Positions 44,174 through 53,379 of a stretch of DNA of 64,000 nt are shown here, piece by piece. The position numbers were made by a program, and so were the translations under genes. Every line of letters begins with the position of its first letter. The first letter of the stretch is position 1. This stretch comes from Patescibacteria group bacterium. Lineage in GTDB: Bacteria > Patescibacteriota > Microgenomatia > PFEM01 > JAHIFH01. The stretch covers positions 289,111-353,110 of the forward strand of contig DATKWU010000009.1 in the NCBI GenBank assembly GCA_035529375.1. The letters are read 5' to 3'. The notes under the pieces are model-generated. The model searched no databases, was not told the origin of the DNA, and saw nothing but the letters and a program-made list of their open reading frames with translations.

Positions 44174-44262
44174 GGAAGGATGCCAGAGTGGTTAAATGGG
44201 ACGGTTTGCTAAACCGTTGGTCTGAAAGGACCGCGTGGGTTCGAATCCCACTCCTTCCGCCA
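44174..44262 (+). tRNA. tRNA-Ser (anticodon GCU), type II with long variable arm, CCA encoded
   Basis: GGAAGGATGCCAGAGTGGTTAAATGG... Anticodon loop TTGCTAA. Variable arm TGGTCTGAAAGGACCGC. T-arm GTGGGTTCGAATCCCAC. Acceptor GGAAGGA/TCCTTCC. Confidence 0.85.
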
Positions 44263-44349
44263 GGTGGGGTGCCGGAGCGGCTAAACGGCCCGGTCTTGAA
44301 AACCGTGGAGAAAGCAATTTCTACGTGGGTTCGAATCCCACCCCCACCG
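44263..44349 (+). tRNA. tRNA-Ser (anticodon UGA)
   Basis: GGTGGGGTGCCGGAGCGGCTAAACGG... Anticodon loop CTTGAAA. Long variable arm. GTGGGTTCGAATCCCAC. Acceptor GGTGGGG/CCCCACC. Confidence 0.85.
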
Positions 44350-44402
44350 CCTCTCCCATCATTAACAAAAATTTGCTATCATAGAAATAAGGAAAACTAA
44401 TT

Positions 44403-44927
44403 ATGCCTGCTCAAAACAATCAACCAGAAATAAAACCACGTACTTTAAAAACTTTGTTAGCCTGGAAAGCACCAGAACGACATTTTAAAAAGCGAACGCG
44501 GGAATATTTTACAACCATTGGCGCGATTATCTTTTTAATTGGTGTTATTCTCCTTTTCCTCCAAGAATGGCTTTTGATTGTCGTGATGGTGGCTTTGGTT
44601 TTTGTGGCCTACATTCTTTCGACAGTAGCGCCGCGGGAAGTAGAACATCAAATTACTAATCGATGGATTGTGACCGGTGGGAGGAGATATTATTGGGAAC
44701 AATTAGGCCGTTTTTGGTTTACTGAAAAGCAGGGCCAAGAAGCTTTGATGGTCGAAACATTTTTTGGTTTACCCGGCCGTTTAATCTTGCTCTTAGGCGA
44801 GGTTAAGAAAGATCAGGTTAAGAAAATTCTCTCTGAATACCTCCCCTTTGAGGAACCAGAAAAAACCTGGATCGATAATGCTAGCGATTGGATCTCGCGG
44901 CGGGTTCCTTTAGAGTCGTCTTCTTAA
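44403..44927 (+). CDS. Hypothetical two-TM membrane protein
   Basis: Hydrophobic pair IGAIIFLIGVILLFL / LLIVVMVALVFVAYILS. Sits between tRNA genes. Confidence 0.5.
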   Translation: MPAQNNQPEIKPRTLKTLLAWKAPERHFKKRTREYFTTIGAIIFLIGVILLFLQEWLLIVVMVALVFVAYILSTVAPREVEHQITNRWIVTGGRRYYWEQLGRFWFTEKQGQEALMVETFFGLPGRLILLLGEVKKDQVKKILSEYLPFEEPEKTWIDNASDWISRRVPLESSS

Positions 44928-44933
44928 GAATCA

Positions 44934-45007
44934 GCGCCCGTAGCTCAATTGGACAGAGCATCTCGTTGCGGACGAGAAGGTTGTGAGTTCGAGTCTCACT
45001 GGGCGCA
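44934..45007 (+). tRNA. tRNA-Arg (anticodon reads GCG; atypical)
   Basis: GCGCCCGTAGCTCAATTGGACAGAGCATCTCGTTGCGGACGAGAAGGTTGTGAGTTCGAGTCTCACTGGGCGCA. Anticodon loop TTGCGGA. Confidence 0.75.
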
Positions 45008-45012
45008 CTTGT

Positions 45013-45099
45013 GGTGGGATGCCGGAGTGGTCTAACGGGCTGGTTTCGAAAACCAAGCGTTCTGTAAAGGACACGGGGGTTCGAATCCCTCTCCCACCG
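45013..45099 (+). tRNA. tRNA-Ser (anticodon CGA)
   Basis: GGTGGGATGCCGGAGTGGTCTAACGG... Anticodon loop TTCGAAA. Long variable arm. TTCGAATCC T-loop. Acceptor GGTGGGA/TCCCACC. Confidence 0.85.
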
Positions 45100-45107
45100 C
45101 TTTGCAG

Positions 45108-45181
45108 GCGCTCGTAGTTCAATTGGATAGAACGTCGGATTCCGGATCCGAAAGTTGGGGGTTCGAATCCCTTCGGGCGCA
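45108..45181 (+). tRNA. tRNA-Arg (anticodon CCG)
   Basis: GCGCTCGTAGTTCAATTGGATAGAACGTCGGATTCCGGATCCGAAAGTTGGGGGTTCGAATCCCTTCGGGCGCA. Confidence 0.8.
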
Positions 45182-45184
45182 CCG

Positions 45185-45661
45185 ATGACCAAGAAAAAAC
45201 CAGTTAAAAGGGAATTTTCCGCTGGTGGGGTGGTTTTCAAAAAAGAAAAGAAAAAAACTCTTTGGCTAATCATTCAACCTGAAATTAAGGATGAACTTTG
45301 GCGTCAAGACAGATGGCAGCTGCCTAAAGGTTGGATTGATGAGGGTGAAACTGGTTCTCAGGCGGCTTTAAGAGAAGTTAAGGAAGAAGGCGGTGTTGAA
45401 GTTGAGGTAATTGAAAAAATCGGTCGGATTAATATTTTCTTTTACAACGAAGAAAAGCAGAAGGTCCTTAAAAACATTGTTTTTTTCTTAATGGAATACC
45501 AAAAGGGAAGCATCAGAAATCATTCTTGGGAAACAAAAGAAGCGATTTGGTTGCCTTTTCAAAAGGCTTCCAAGAGATTAACTTTTGATTCAGAGAAGAA
45601 AATTTTAAAAAAAGCCAAAGAACTTTTAGAAGCAAAAGAGAAACAACCGAAACTGATTTAG
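45185..45661 (+). CDS. NUDIX hydrolase
   Basis: Nudix box GWIDEGETGSQAALREVKEEGGVEV. The start codon is placed after the tRNA-Arg; the track ORF begins at 45155 inside the tRNA. Confidence 0.8.
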   Translation: MTKKKPVKREFSAGGVVFKKEKKKTLWLIIQPEIKDELWRQDRWQLPKGWIDEGETGSQAALREVKEEGGVEVEVIEKIGRINIFFYNEEKQKVLKNIVFFLMEYQKGSIRNHSWETKEAIWLPFQKASKRLTFDSEKKILKKAKELLEAKEKQPKLI

Positions 45662-45747
45662 GAGAGGTGGCAGAGTGGTCAAATGCGCACGCTTGGAAAG
45701 CGTGTATGGCGGCAACGTCATCGTGGGTTCGAATCCCACTCTCTCCG
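45661..45747 (+). tRNA. tRNA-Ser (anticodon GGA)
   Basis: GGAGAGGTGGCAGAGTGGTCAAATGC... Anticodon stem-loop CACGC-TTGGAAA-GCGTG. Long variable arm. GTGGGTTCGAATCCCAC. Confidence 0.85.
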
Positions 45748-45791
45748 CTAGTCTGCGGAAATAATGCGGTAAATATGCAGGAAATAATTTT

Positions 45792-47594
45792 ATGCCAGAT
45801 GATCAATTAGAAGAAATTCGGCGAAAAATCGATATCATTGAACTGATTAATGAATACACGCCTTTAAAGAAAACCGGCCGTAATTTCAAGGCGCTTTGTC
45901 CTTTTCATTCAGAAAAAATTCCTTCTTTTGTCGTTTCGCCAGAAAGACAGATTTTTAAATGTTTTGGCTGTGGGGCTGGTGGCGATATCTTTAGATTTTT
46001 AATGCTGACTGAAAACATGGAGTTTGGTGAGGCCCTGCGGACTTTGGCGAAACGAGCCGGGGTTAAATTACGTCATTACCAACCTTCAGAAGGGGAAAAA
46101 CAGAAACAACTTTTTTATGAAATTAATCATTTAGCCAGTGAATATTATCATTATCTTTTAACCAAACATGCGGCCGGTCGGAAAGCTTTGAACTACATTT
46201 TGGGTCGGGGAATTACCCGCGAGTCTTTGGCTCGTTTTAAGATTGGCTATTCGCCTAATTTATGGGAAGCCCTTCAGGATTTTTTGGTTAAAAAGAAAAA
46301 TTATCGAGGTGAAGATTTGGAAAAAGCCGGCTTGGTGATTAAGAGTCAAAGGGGTCGGGGTTTTTATGATCGTTTTCGGGGGAGATTGATGTTCACTTTA
46401 CGAGATCATCGGAATAATGTGGTTGGTTTTGCCGGTCGAACCTTGGATCCTAAGCAAGAAGAAGCCAAATACATTAACACTCCAGAGACCTTGGTCTATC
46501 ATAAATCAGACTTGCTTTATGGTTTAGTCGAGACCAAAGAAGCCATTAAAAAAGAGGATGAAGCCATTGTGGTTGAAGGCGAACTTGATGCCGTTTCTTC
46601 TTTACAGGCAGGGGTGGAAAATGTCGTCGCCCTTAAAGGCACGGCTTTAACCCAAGGTCAGATAGATTTAATTAGTCGGTTTACCGAGAATCTTATTTTA
46701 GCCTTGGACCGAGACTTGGCGGGTGATCAGGCGGCTCGTCGGGGGATTGAATTAGCGGATGCTGCTAATCTAGCCATTAGAGTGGTCGAATTAGAAGGGG
46801 GTAAAGATCCTGATGAAGTCGCTCAAAAGAACCCAAGTCAGTGGCGTCAATTAGTTAAACAAGCCGTCCCTATTTATGATTACTTTATTGATTCGGCTTT
46901 GAATCGGTTTGATGGTCGAACTGCAGACGGGAAGCGAAAAATCAGCCTGGAGTTAATTCCGGTTTTAGCCAAAATTAGCAACAAGGTGGTTCAGGCTCAT
47001 TACGTCCGTTTGTTGGCGGAGCGATTCAGAGTTGATGAAGAAGCGGTGGTGGCGGAAATGGCGAAATTTATTGATAAAGAAAGCGCTAAAGCACCTTTAG
47101 AGAGAACTGATTACAAGAAAGAGGAAAAGCTAAGTCGTCAGGAAATTTTGGAAGAACATTTATTAGCCCTGGCGTTTCAATCAGGCAACTGGCCGCTCTT
47201 AAGAAAAAGAAAGATTCAGGCCTTGATCAAAACGTCTCACTTTCAGAAGATTGTTGAGGTTTTAGGTAAGTATCTAAAGCGCTATAAAACTTTTGAGAGC
47301 CAGCGCTTGGCCAAGCTGTTGCCCGCCGAATTAAAAGAAACCTTTGACAAACTTTATTTACTGGAAATGGTCGATTTGCTGGAGAACGAAGAAAAGCTGG
47401 AGAAAGAAATTGAAAAAACAAAAAAAGAATTAGAAAAGCTTGATTCAAGAGGAAGATTAAGAGAAATCGGTCAAGAAATCAGCGGTTCAGAAAGAAAAGA
47501 AAAACCTAATCAGACAGAAAAAAAGAAATTAAACAAACTCCACGAACAGTTTCGAGATTTATCTGGAGAATTAGCTAAACTTGAAGCCGAGTGA
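45792..47594 (+). CDS. dnaG: DNA primase DnaG
   Basis: CHC2 zinc finger [30 protein letters not shown]. Toprim EGELDAVS...DRD...GG. Confidence 0.9.
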   Translation: MPDDQLEEIRRKIDIIELINEYTPLKKTGRNFKALCPFHSEKIPSFVVSPERQIFKCFGCGAGGDIFRFLMLTENMEFGEALRTLAKRAGVKLRHYQPSEGEKQKQLFYEINHLASEYYHYLLTKHAAGRKALNYILGRGITRESLARFKIGYSPNLWEALQDFLVKKKNYRGEDLEKAGLVIKSQRGRGFYDRFRGRLMFTLRDHRNNVVGFAGRTLDPKQEEAKYINTPETLVYHKSDLLYGLVETKEAIKKEDEAIVVEGELDAVSSLQAGVENVVALKGTALTQGQIDLISRFTENLILALDRDLAGDQAARRGIELADAANLAIRVVELEGGKDPDEVAQKNPSQWRQLVKQAVPIYDYFIDSALNRFDGRTADGKRKISLELIPVLAKISNKVVQAHYVRLLAERFRVDEEAVVAEMAKFIDKESAKAPLERTDYKKEEKLSRQEILEEHLLALAFQSGNWPLLRKRKIQALIKTSHFQKIVEVLGKYLKRYKTFESQRLAKLLPAELKETFDKLYLLEMVDLLENEEKLEKEIEKTKKELEKLDSRGRLREIGQEISGSERKEKPNQTEKKKLNKLHEQFRDLSGELAKLEAE

Positions 47595-47622
47595 AAATTG
47601 TAATAATCTAGAAGCAAGAAAA

Positions 47623-48708
47623 ATGGCCAAAAAGAGAGTTGATACCAAAAAAATCATTGAAAAAGGAGGAAAGCAGGGTTTCATTACCCAAGAAGAAATC
47701 CTCAAGCTTTTTCCTGATGCCGAAGAAAGGGTCGAAGAATTAGACGAACTCTACGCTAATTTATTGGCTGAAGGGGTTGATGTTTTTGAATCCGTTACTG
47801 AAGAAGAGATGGCTGAAGATGAAAAAGCGACCACGGAATTAGCTAAAGAACTAGAGGTTCTAGCGACCCTGGAAGACAAAACCCTAACCGATCCGGTCCG
47901 AATGTACCTTAAAGAAATAGGGAGAATACCTCTTTTAACGGCGGAGCAAGAAATTGACCTTGCTCAAGGAGTGGAGAAAGGCAGTCGGGCGGCTAAAAAG
48001 AAATTGATTCAATCCAACTTAAGACTGGTGGTTTCGATTGCCAAAAAGTATGTAGGTAGAGGGATGAGCTTCCTTGATCTTATTCAAGAAGGTAATCAAG
48101 GTTTGATGAGAGCGGTAGAAAAATATGATTGGCGGCGAGGCTATAAATTCTCCACTTACGCCACCTGGTGGATTAGACAGGCGATTACCCGAGCGATTGC
48201 TGACCAAGCCAGAACCATTAGAATTCCGGTTCATATGGTCGAAACGATTAACAAACTGATTCGAACCTCAAGAAAACTAGCTCAACAATTAGGCCGAGAA
48301 CCAATGGCTGAGGAAATTGGTAAAGAAATGGAACTCGAGCCAGATCGAGTCAGAGAGATTTTTAAGATTGCCCAAAACACCACTTCCTTAGAAAAACCAG
48401 TCGGTGATGAAGAAGATTCTCTTTTAGGTGATTTTATCGAAGACACCTCTCAACCTTCACCAGTGGACCAAGCTTCAAAACAGCTCTTAAAAGAAAACAT
48501 TGAAGAAGTTTTAGAAAGCCTTTCGGACAGAGAAGCCAGAGTCTTGAAAATGAGATTTGGTTTAGATGGTTATCAACCAATGACCTTAGAAGAAGTAGGC
48601 AGAGAATTTGGGGTGACCAGAGAAAGAATTAGACAAATTGAAGCCAAAGCCCTAAGAAAACTCAAACACCCTTCAAGAAGAAAAAAACTTCAGGATTATC
48701 TTGAGTAA
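47623..48708 (+). CDS. rpoD: RNA polymerase sigma factor RpoD (primary sigma-70 family)
   Basis: Region 2 [56 protein letters not shown]. Region 4 [31 protein letters not shown] at 47623 preferred over the TTG at 47581 given in the track. Confidence 0.9.
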   Translation: MAKKRVDTKKIIEKGGKQGFITQEEILKLFPDAEERVEELDELYANLLAEGVDVFESVTEEEMAEDEKATTELAKELEVLATLEDKTLTDPVRMYLKEIGRIPLLTAEQEIDLAQGVEKGSRAAKKKLIQSNLRLVVSIAKKYVGRGMSFLDLIQEGNQGLMRAVEKYDWRRGYKFSTYATWWIRQAITRAIADQARTIRIPVHMVETINKLIRTSRKLAQQLGREPMAEEIGKEMELEPDRVREIFKIAQNTTSLEKPVGDEEDSLLGDFIEDTSQPSPVDQASKQLLKENIEEVLESLSDREARVLKMRFGLDGYQPMTLEEVGREFGVTRERIRQIEAKALRKLKHPSRRKKLQDYLE

Positions 48709-48726
48709 GAGCGATAGTTACTCAAC

Positions 48727-49449
48727 TTGATTTACTTTGTTCGATATGCTAAAAATGGATTAATGGGGTATGCAGGTAAGTTAGAAGAAAAAAGACAAGC
48801 TCTTGAACTTCGCCAAAAAGGCATTTCTTATGGTGAAATCCAAAAAAAAGTTCCAGTTTCTAAAGACACACTCAGTCGTTGGTGTCGAGATGTAATCCTG
48901 GTTCCCTCTCAGATGGAGAGATTGAAAAAGAGAAGACTAAGAGGAGCAGAGAAGGGAAGAATAATTGGTGCAAAAAAACAACAACGGGATCGAATTAAAA
49001 GAACCAAAAGATTAATAAAGGAAGGCAAAAGAGAAGTTGGAAAATTGGCCAAGAGAGATAGATTTACGGCTGGAATAGCCCTTTATTTGGGTGACGGGTA
49101 CAAATCAGATAAAAGCATTGGTTTTTCAAATTCTAATCCTCAAATAATTTCTTTTATGATGAGATGGTTTCGGGAGTTTTGCCAAGTTCCTGAAGAAAAA
49201 TTTCGTGGACAAATTTGGATTCATGAAGGTTTGGATGAATTGAAAGCAAGAAGATATTGGTCGAAAATTACCAGTATTCCAATAGGTCAGTTTCAAAAAA
49301 GTTATATTGCTAAGAATAAAAAAGAAAGCAGAAAAGTTAGGAAAAAATTACACGATTATGGTGTATTTGCAATTAGAATCTCTAGTGCGGAGAGACAGAG
49401 AAAAATTCTTGGTTGGATAGCTGGTATTTTAGGCAAGGAATTAGTATAA
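48727..49449 (+). CDS. HTH-domain protein with a LAGLIDADG-like motif (candidate free-standing homing-endonuclease-like protein)
   Basis: N-terminal HTH (LELRQKGISYGEIQKKVPVSKDTLSRWCRD). Basic linker. Then TAGIALYLGDGYKSDKSIGFSNSNPQIISFMMRWF, which resembles the LAGLIDADG block. Ends 20 nt before the intron-containing tRNA. Confidence 0.45.
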   Translation: MIYFVRYAKNGLMGYAGKLEEKRQALELRQKGISYGEIQKKVPVSKDTLSRWCRDVILVPSQMERLKKRRLRGAEKGRIIGAKKQQRDRIKRTKRLIKEGKREVGKLAKRDRFTAGIALYLGDGYKSDKSIGFSNSNPQIISFMMRWFREFCQVPEEKFRGQIWIHEGLDELKARRYWSKITSIPIGQFQKSYIAKNKKESRKVRKKLHDYGVFAIRISSAERQRKILGWIAGILGKELV

Positions 49450-49468
49450 TATCGTTGTATTTTGACAA

Positions 49469-49753
49469 TCCGCGGTAGCTCAATGGTAGAGCGACTGCCT
49501 GTCAATTTGGCAGCTTTTCGCTGAAAGGCGAATTGAAAAACCGGGTGAATTCAGGGAAACCTAAATCTTTTTGATATGGTAATCCTGAGCCAAGTCCGCC
49601 CAGGCGGAAAGGTGCAGAGACTAGGTGAGTACACCTTAAAGCGCCCGGCACCTAAAGCTTAAAGCTACGGTGATGAGATAGTCCACACCTTTTGGAAACA
49701 AAGGGATTTGTGTAAGCAGTTGGTTGTAGGTTCGAATCCTACCCGCGGAGCCA
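49469..49753 (+). tRNA. tRNA (Asp-GUC or Asn-GUU; exon junction ambiguous) interrupted by a ~210-nt group I intron in the anticodon loop
   Basis: 5' half TCCGCGGTAGCTCAATGGTAGAGCGACTGCCTGTCAA (acceptor, D-arm, 5' anticodon stem ACTGC, loop CTGTC...). 3' half (A)AGCAGTTGGTTGTAGGTTCGAATCCTACCCGCGGAGCCA (3' anticodon stem GCAGT, T-arm, acceptor CCGCGGA pairing perfectly with TCCGCGG, discriminator G, CCA). The two halves are separated by ~210 nt. Confidence 0.7.
49504..49715 (+). other. Group I self-splicing intron (putative) within the tRNA anticodon loop
   Basis: Contains the conserved group I core elements R (GCAGAGACTAGG, 49615-49623) and S (GATGAGATAGTCCAC, 49676-49684), whose GACTA/TAGTC segments can form P7. 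The sequence GGCAG at intron nt 4-8 is complementary to the exon anticodon-stem CTGCC (possible P1/IGS). Exact boundaries +/-3 nt. Confidence 0.55.
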
Positions 49754-51298
49754 GTTGGAACTTAATATACCAAGTTTAGCCTCATTCAAAACTTGGAGTG
49801 CCGGAGTGTATTCGACCTCCATTATTTTCTTATCTTGTACCCATATCTTTTGGAAGAAAAAGTGTAAATAAGCACGCTTGTGATCAATGTCCGAATCCTC
49901 ATAGGTTTGAACAATATTTCGAGTTAGTTTAAGTACTTCATTTATGATCGAAGTATCAATGGTATTGGTCTTATCCTGTTCCACAAGTTCTTTCTGAATG
50001 ACTAGAGCTTCTGCATCTAGTTGAGTATTATATTTTTGGAGTTGTTCGACAGGAAGTTTGTTATCAAAGTAGTCTTTTTCAATCTTTATTCTTTTTTGGT
50101 CAACTGCATCCCTTTTGTTATATAGAGCTTTTTTAGCGCGCTGAATACGATCAATACTTTCGTCATAAACACGAGTGATATTGGTTTCTACTGCTTGGAT
50201 GAATTCATCAGTAAAGGCTAGCTTATCGACCTCTTGTTTTACTTGGTCCTCAAGATTAGTGAGTAATACATATCTTGAAGGGCAACCACCACGCTTACCA
50301 GTTTGAGAGCAGTGATACATTCCAATCTTTCCATTACCAGTTTTATATTTTTCGTGATAATGCCACTCTGCAACATAACGTCTGCCACAGTCTTTGCAAA
50401 AGACAACGCCCCGAAGAAGAAAGTTGTGTTTTCTCTTGCGAAGACCATAATCGCCTTTTTCTGAGAGTATCTTTTGAACTAAATCAAAAGTCTGCTTATC
50501 AACTAGAGGTTCGTGTTTCCCCATACCTTCATGTCCTCCGTGTTTCATCCAACCCCAATAAAATGAATTCTTAAGCATATTGCCAACAATAGAGTATTGA
50601 ATCGGTTTCCCTTTTCTACCTGTTACTCCATTTTTGTGGAGGTACTGGCGAATATCATAAATTGCATAGTCACGAGTTGCATACAATTTATAAGCCTGTC
50701 GAACAAAAGGAGCTATAGCAGGATCAGGAATGACAATCTTTTTGTCGTAAGAGCCTTCAGGATTTTTATTGACAACATTTAAGTAACCCAATGGCGCCCA
50801 CGAAGGATAATATCCTGCTTTAAACTTTTCAGAAGCTGTTTGTTTGACCTTGTAGCTAGTCATACGAGGAAAGAAAGCGTTCATTACCGCCATCATTTCA
50901 TTCATGGTTCTACTTACTGGATCACCATTAATTACTCCTGAAAGAGGAACGATTTTAACTCCACATTTTTCTAGTTCGCTAACAATGAAACAGTATTCGA
51001 AAGTGTCACGAGAGAGTCGGGATATGTCTTGCACAACAAGATACGCAATATCTTTTTTGTAACATCTACTTAGTAATGCTTGGAAGCTTGGTCTGTTTAA
51101 AGTAGTACCTGAAATCCCATTATCAACGTAGCAATCCTCAGCTAGGTACCCACCTAACTCTTGAATCTTCTCTAGTGCCTTTATTTGTTGGGTTTCAATA
51201 CTAAGATTATCTACCTGATCCATTGTGGACACTCTAGCGTAGATGATGCATTTTGGTTTACTTCCGTGATCGCTATTTATATCTTGTTTTAACTGCAT
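49739..51298 (-). CDS. Large serine recombinase (resolvase-type catalytic domain + recombinase domain + zinc ribbon), integrase of the element
   Basis: N-terminal IYARVSTMDQ catalytic-Ser motif and SRLSRD. Large C-terminal domain with CKDCGRRY...C zinc ribbon and a coiled-coil. Its 3' end overlaps the left direct repeat and the tRNA 3' exon. Confidence 0.85.
   Translation of the reverse strand: MQLKQDINSDHGSKPKCIIYARVSTMDQVDNLSIETQQIKALEKIQELGGYLAEDCYVDNGISGTTLNRPSFQALLSRCYKKDIAYLVVQDISRLSRDTFEYCFIVSELEKCGVKIVPLSGVINGDPVSRTMNEMMAVMNAFFPRMTSYKVKQTASEKFKAGYYPSWAPLGYLNVVNKNPEGSYDKKIVIPDPAIAPFVRQAYKLYATRDYAIYDIRQYLHKNGVTGRKGKPIQYSIVGNMLKNSFYWGWMKHGGHEGMGKHEPLVDKQTFDLVQKILSEKGDYGLRKRKHNFLLRGVVFCKDCGRRYVAEWHYHEKYKTGNGKIGMYHCSQTGKRGGCPSRYVLLTNLEDQVKQEVDKLAFTDEFIQAVETNITRVYDESIDRIQRAKKALYNKRDAVDQKRIKIEKDYFDNKLPVEQLQKYNTQLDAEALVIQKELVEQDKTNTIDTSIINEVLKLTRNIVQTYEDSDIDHKRAYLHFFFQKIWVQDKKIMEVEYTPALQVLNEAKLGILSSNWLRG
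49748..49771. repeat. Left copy of the 24-bp direct repeat GAGCCAGTTGGAACTTAATATACC (tRNA 3' end + 18 nt); putative attL
   Basis: Exact 24/24 match to 60378-60401. The match extends (with a 1-nt indel) by AAGT. Confidence 0.6.
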
Positions 51299-51349
51299 AT
51301 GTTTTACTTACTTCTAAGTGAAATGCCCTATATCTATATGATCAAGCAT

Positions 51350-51658
51350 TTACTCACTAAAGGCACTCCGTAAGGGCTTTCTGATTCGTTCTTCCTGTAC
51401 TTGATCAATTAACAACTGACACCATTGTTGGGCAAGACTATCAATGTCGATACGGGGGGTAGTATCTTTAGAAAAAGGCAACGGGCAAGATAACTGTGTC
51501 GCTTTAGTGGGCTTGTTAACCCTTCCTTTTATCCCTCTTTTTGATTTCATAAGGGCAGGTGTACTACTTTTTTCATTTCTATTAACTTTTTTATTAGAGT
51601 CTTGAAACTCAAGGCTATTGACTCTTGAAATAGTGTTGTTTTCTAATTTTGTAGTCAT
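51350..51658 (-). CDS. Hypothetical small basic protein (element cargo)
   Basis: 102-aa ORF, K/R-rich (SKRGIKGRVNKPTKA). Confidence 0.4.
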   Translation of the reverse strand: MTTKLENNTISRVNSLEFQDSNKKVNRNEKSSTPALMKSKRGIKGRVNKPTKATQLSCPLPFSKDTTPRIDIDSLAQQWCQLLIDQVQEERIRKPLRSAFSE

Positions 51659-51689
51659 AGGTTTATAGTCAATAAATCAATACAATCTT

Positions 51690-52421
51690 TTAGTTTTCTG
51701 AGCTAATAATTAAATGTTTCTGATATTCATTCCAATCACCATCAAAAAACACATCGACAATATTTTTCTCTTGTTCATTATTTTCGATTGCTACCTTTTC
51801 AGTTACGTTTTCATCAATCCACCTCATATCATCAGGAGTCAAACCTTCATAATGACCTTCTTTATAAATCTTTTGATATTCGGAGTCGCTTCTAACATCT
51901 TGTTGAATAAGAACCATCCTATTAGAACCAATAGGAAAAGAACCTAACTCACCCTTAAAGGAACCTAAAGCTTTAGAGGGTATATTCAAGGCCAAATCCG
52001 TTACTTTTTTAGGAATTATTTTCGCTTTTTCAGGATAAAAACAGACATTTTGAAGAATATTATCGAGAGTTTGAGAAAGTTTTTCCGATTTAGCAAAGTC
52101 AGCCGCTCTGCCTCCAAATGAAACACCGTATCGTTCAGGGAATTTTATTTTGAAAACTGATCTTTTCTTATCAACTATTTCAATGAAGCTTTTATTAAGA
52201 AGTCCATTACGCCAATCATTAACAGTTTCAATACCTTTATTGAAATATTCTGCTACGACTTCGGGATAAGCGATGAATTGACCATAGTTATCGTGTTTAT
52301 GGTCAAAATCCATTGAGTCTAGGTAGTATTCAAACAATAGAAATTCTTGAGAGGTTAAGATTCTCTTTTGCAGGAGAATCCATCTGTTTCTGTGTGTTAC
52401 TCGATAACCATTTAACTTCAT
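51690..52421 (-). CDS. Hypothetical protein (element cargo)
   Basis: 243-aa ORF. No recognisable motifs. Confidence 0.45.
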   Translation of the reverse strand: MKLNGYRVTHRNRWILLQKRILTSQEFLLFEYYLDSMDFDHKHDNYGQFIAYPEVVAEYFNKGIETVNDWRNGLLNKSFIEIVDKKRSVFKIKFPERYGVSFGGRAADFAKSEKLSQTLDNILQNVCFYPEKAKIIPKKVTDLALNIPSKALGSFKGELGSFPIGSNRMVLIQQDVRSDSEYQKIYKEGHYEGLTPDDMRWIDENVTEKVAIENNEQEKNIVDVFFDGDWNEYQKHLIISSEN

Positions 52422-52485
52422 GAGAACATTCTCTCTAAAAGCAAATGGGAGTTTTATACCGATTCAGAAGCCTGTAAATTGCAGG

Positions 52486-53271
52486 TTAGCGAGTGAGAAG
52501 ATTGGAATATGTTTTTACTGCCTTGAGAACATCAAGATCAGTGGTCAATTCGTTCTCGTATTTTTTGACGTATTCATCGGCTATTTGTTGATATGTTTTT
52601 CCTTTTATCCTCTCCCAGTACCATTCACGGTATTTTCGAGTGTTAGGAGTAACATCAACTCTTGGTCTATAGTATGACAATCGCTTATCAGTTTTCATCA
52701 GTTCTTTTGCTTTGCGGAATTCTTCTTTTACTTCCTCATAAGTGGATGTTGGGGACACAAATATTGCAACTCGTTCAAATGTTTCCCATGCCCCCATTTC
52801 ACCGAAATTAACCACTTTTGCTTCCGTGGGTTTAAAGTGTTTGTCATCAACTGCACCGCAGAATATTGCTTGTTCGATAGCTTCGACAAAATAGGTTGGC
52901 CTGTTAAATTCAAAGCAGATAAAGTTACATTCAGCATCTAGCATTATTGGTATATCGTTTTTGATACTAATAAGTTCGTAGAAATTAGGAAATGACTCCT
53001 CAAGTTCGCCGATTTTAGAATACTTAGCCAAGTTAACCTCAACAGCTTCTTGAAAATGTGTGTCGAACAGATGTGAATCAAATTCTTCGTCAAAATCATT
53101 AACAGAGAATAAGTTGGGAACAAAATATGTCCTTCTTAGGTCAGGAAGTAAATCAATGAAGGCAGGCTTGTCGAACAGGAAAGCAAGCTCTTGATAGTAA
53201 ACGTCGTTGTTTGTTCTTATGTCGATTTTGAAGTCTTGAAGATAGGCTTTGTCGTTCTTTCTAATTTTCAT
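52486..53271 (-). CDS. Hypothetical protein (element cargo)
   Basis: 261-aa ORF. No recognisable motifs. Confidence 0.45.
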   Translation of the reverse strand: MKIRKNDKAYLQDFKIDIRTNNDVYYQELAFLFDKPAFIDLLPDLRRTYFVPNLFSVNDFDEEFDSHLFDTHFQEAVEVNLAKYSKIGELEESFPNFYELISIKNDIPIMLDAECNFICFEFNRPTYFVEAIEQAIFCGAVDDKHFKPTEAKVVNFGEMGAWETFERVAIFVSPTSTYEEVKEEFRKAKELMKTDKRLSYYRPRVDVTPNTRKYREWYWERIKGKTYQQIADEYVKKYENELTTDLDVLKAVKTYSNLLTR

Positions 53272-53379
53272 AATTGTCTGTTTCTATTCTACTAAAAAGA
53301 GTCATCGGTTACGATGACTCTTATAAAAATTACGAAAGATTAAAAGAGAGTGGATTATTTATTTCACAAATAGTATTGA

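Noticed and set aside
44188-45806. Track ORFs 44188-44400(+), 44881-45273(-), 44931-45182(-) and 45513-45806(-), translating through tRNA genes
   Set aside because: Their sequences are tRNA stems and loops (GGTTCGAATCC and similar). The proteins are low-complexity, with no starts or RBSs that fit. They are artefacts of six-frame translation.
47581-47622. TTG start for rpoD proposed by the track ([14 protein letters not shown]…)
   Set aside because: It overlaps the dnaG stop. ATG 47623 gives a typical sigma-70 N-terminus, and the extra 14 codons are uncharacteristic. TTG cannot be excluded.
49469-49753. Alternative reading of the split tRNA as an attachment-site disruption rather than an intron
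   Set aside because: Both halves are complete, collinear and perfectly complementary at the acceptor stem. The insert contains group I R/S core sequences. The element's direct repeats begin only at the tRNA 3' end. An intron explains the data better.
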